DNA of 6,967 nucleotides from a virus (Duplodnaviria; Heunggongvirae; Uroviricota; Caudoviricetes): IMG/VR virus record IMGVR_UViG_2706794683_000011; one strand, 5' to 3'. Shown piece by piece: positions 6,820 to 6,967 of this stretch (position 1 is its first letter; each line of letters starts with the position of its first letter). The notes under the pieces were generated by a model. It saw only the letters and a program-made list of their open reading frames with translations, ran no database searches and was not told where the DNA came from. The position numbers and the translations under genes were made by a program.

Positions 6820-6860
6820 AATGCGTCATATTCAACTCATTGCGTGCACTAGGCCATGAT

Positions 6861-6967
6861 GGTAATGACTCCAACTTATTGATAGTGTTTTATGTTCAGA
6901 TAATGCCCGATGACTTTGTCATGCAGCTCCACCGATTTTGAGAACGACAGCGACTTCCGTCCCAGCC
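6861..6967 (-). mobile_element. IS1 right-end fragment in inverted orientation (element continues beyond window end)
   Basis: 6861..6967 is the exact reverse complement of 1..107. It starts GGTAATGACTCCAACTTATTGAT (IS1 right IR, reverse complement) and carries the insB 3' end on the minus strand. Confidence 0.95.

Noticed and set aside
1-6967. CRISPR array, tRNA or rRNA genes
   Set aside because: No regularly spaced direct repeats and no sequence resembling tRNA cloverleaf arms or rRNA were seen. The only repeats are the IS1 copies.

Overview
This window reads as Escherichia/Shigella-type DNA: a piece of a defective lambdoid (DLP12-like) prophage that has been heavily invaded by insertion sequences. 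All family assignments come from reading the translations by eye; no database search or computation was possible. (1) An apparently intact phage-type outer-membrane porin gene (nmpC-like, + strand, 498..1580) lies convergent with the prophage nin/Q early block on the minus strand (ylcH-position ORF, ybcN, ninE, ybcO, rusA, ylcG, quuD; 3734 down to 1769). Those minus-strand genes are chained by overlapping stop/start codons. (2) Upstream of that block, a roughly 1 kb AT-rich island (about 3800..4815) carries two unassigned + strand ORFs: a 125-aa soluble protein and a ~100-aa three-helix membrane protein. This is my best candidate for an undescribed phage cargo (moron) module, possibly an exclusion or toxin/immunity pair, but its function is not established. 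(3) The right half is IS debris: a 231-bp IS1 head fused to an IS21-family left end with a truncated istA, a 246-nt run of N, a complete 768-bp IS1, an AT-rich orphan ORF (6442..6819) with a Ulp1-like motif pattern, and an inverted IS1 end. The first and last 107 bp of the window are exact reverse complements of each other (IS1 right ends). No rRNA, tRNA or CRISPR array was seen.
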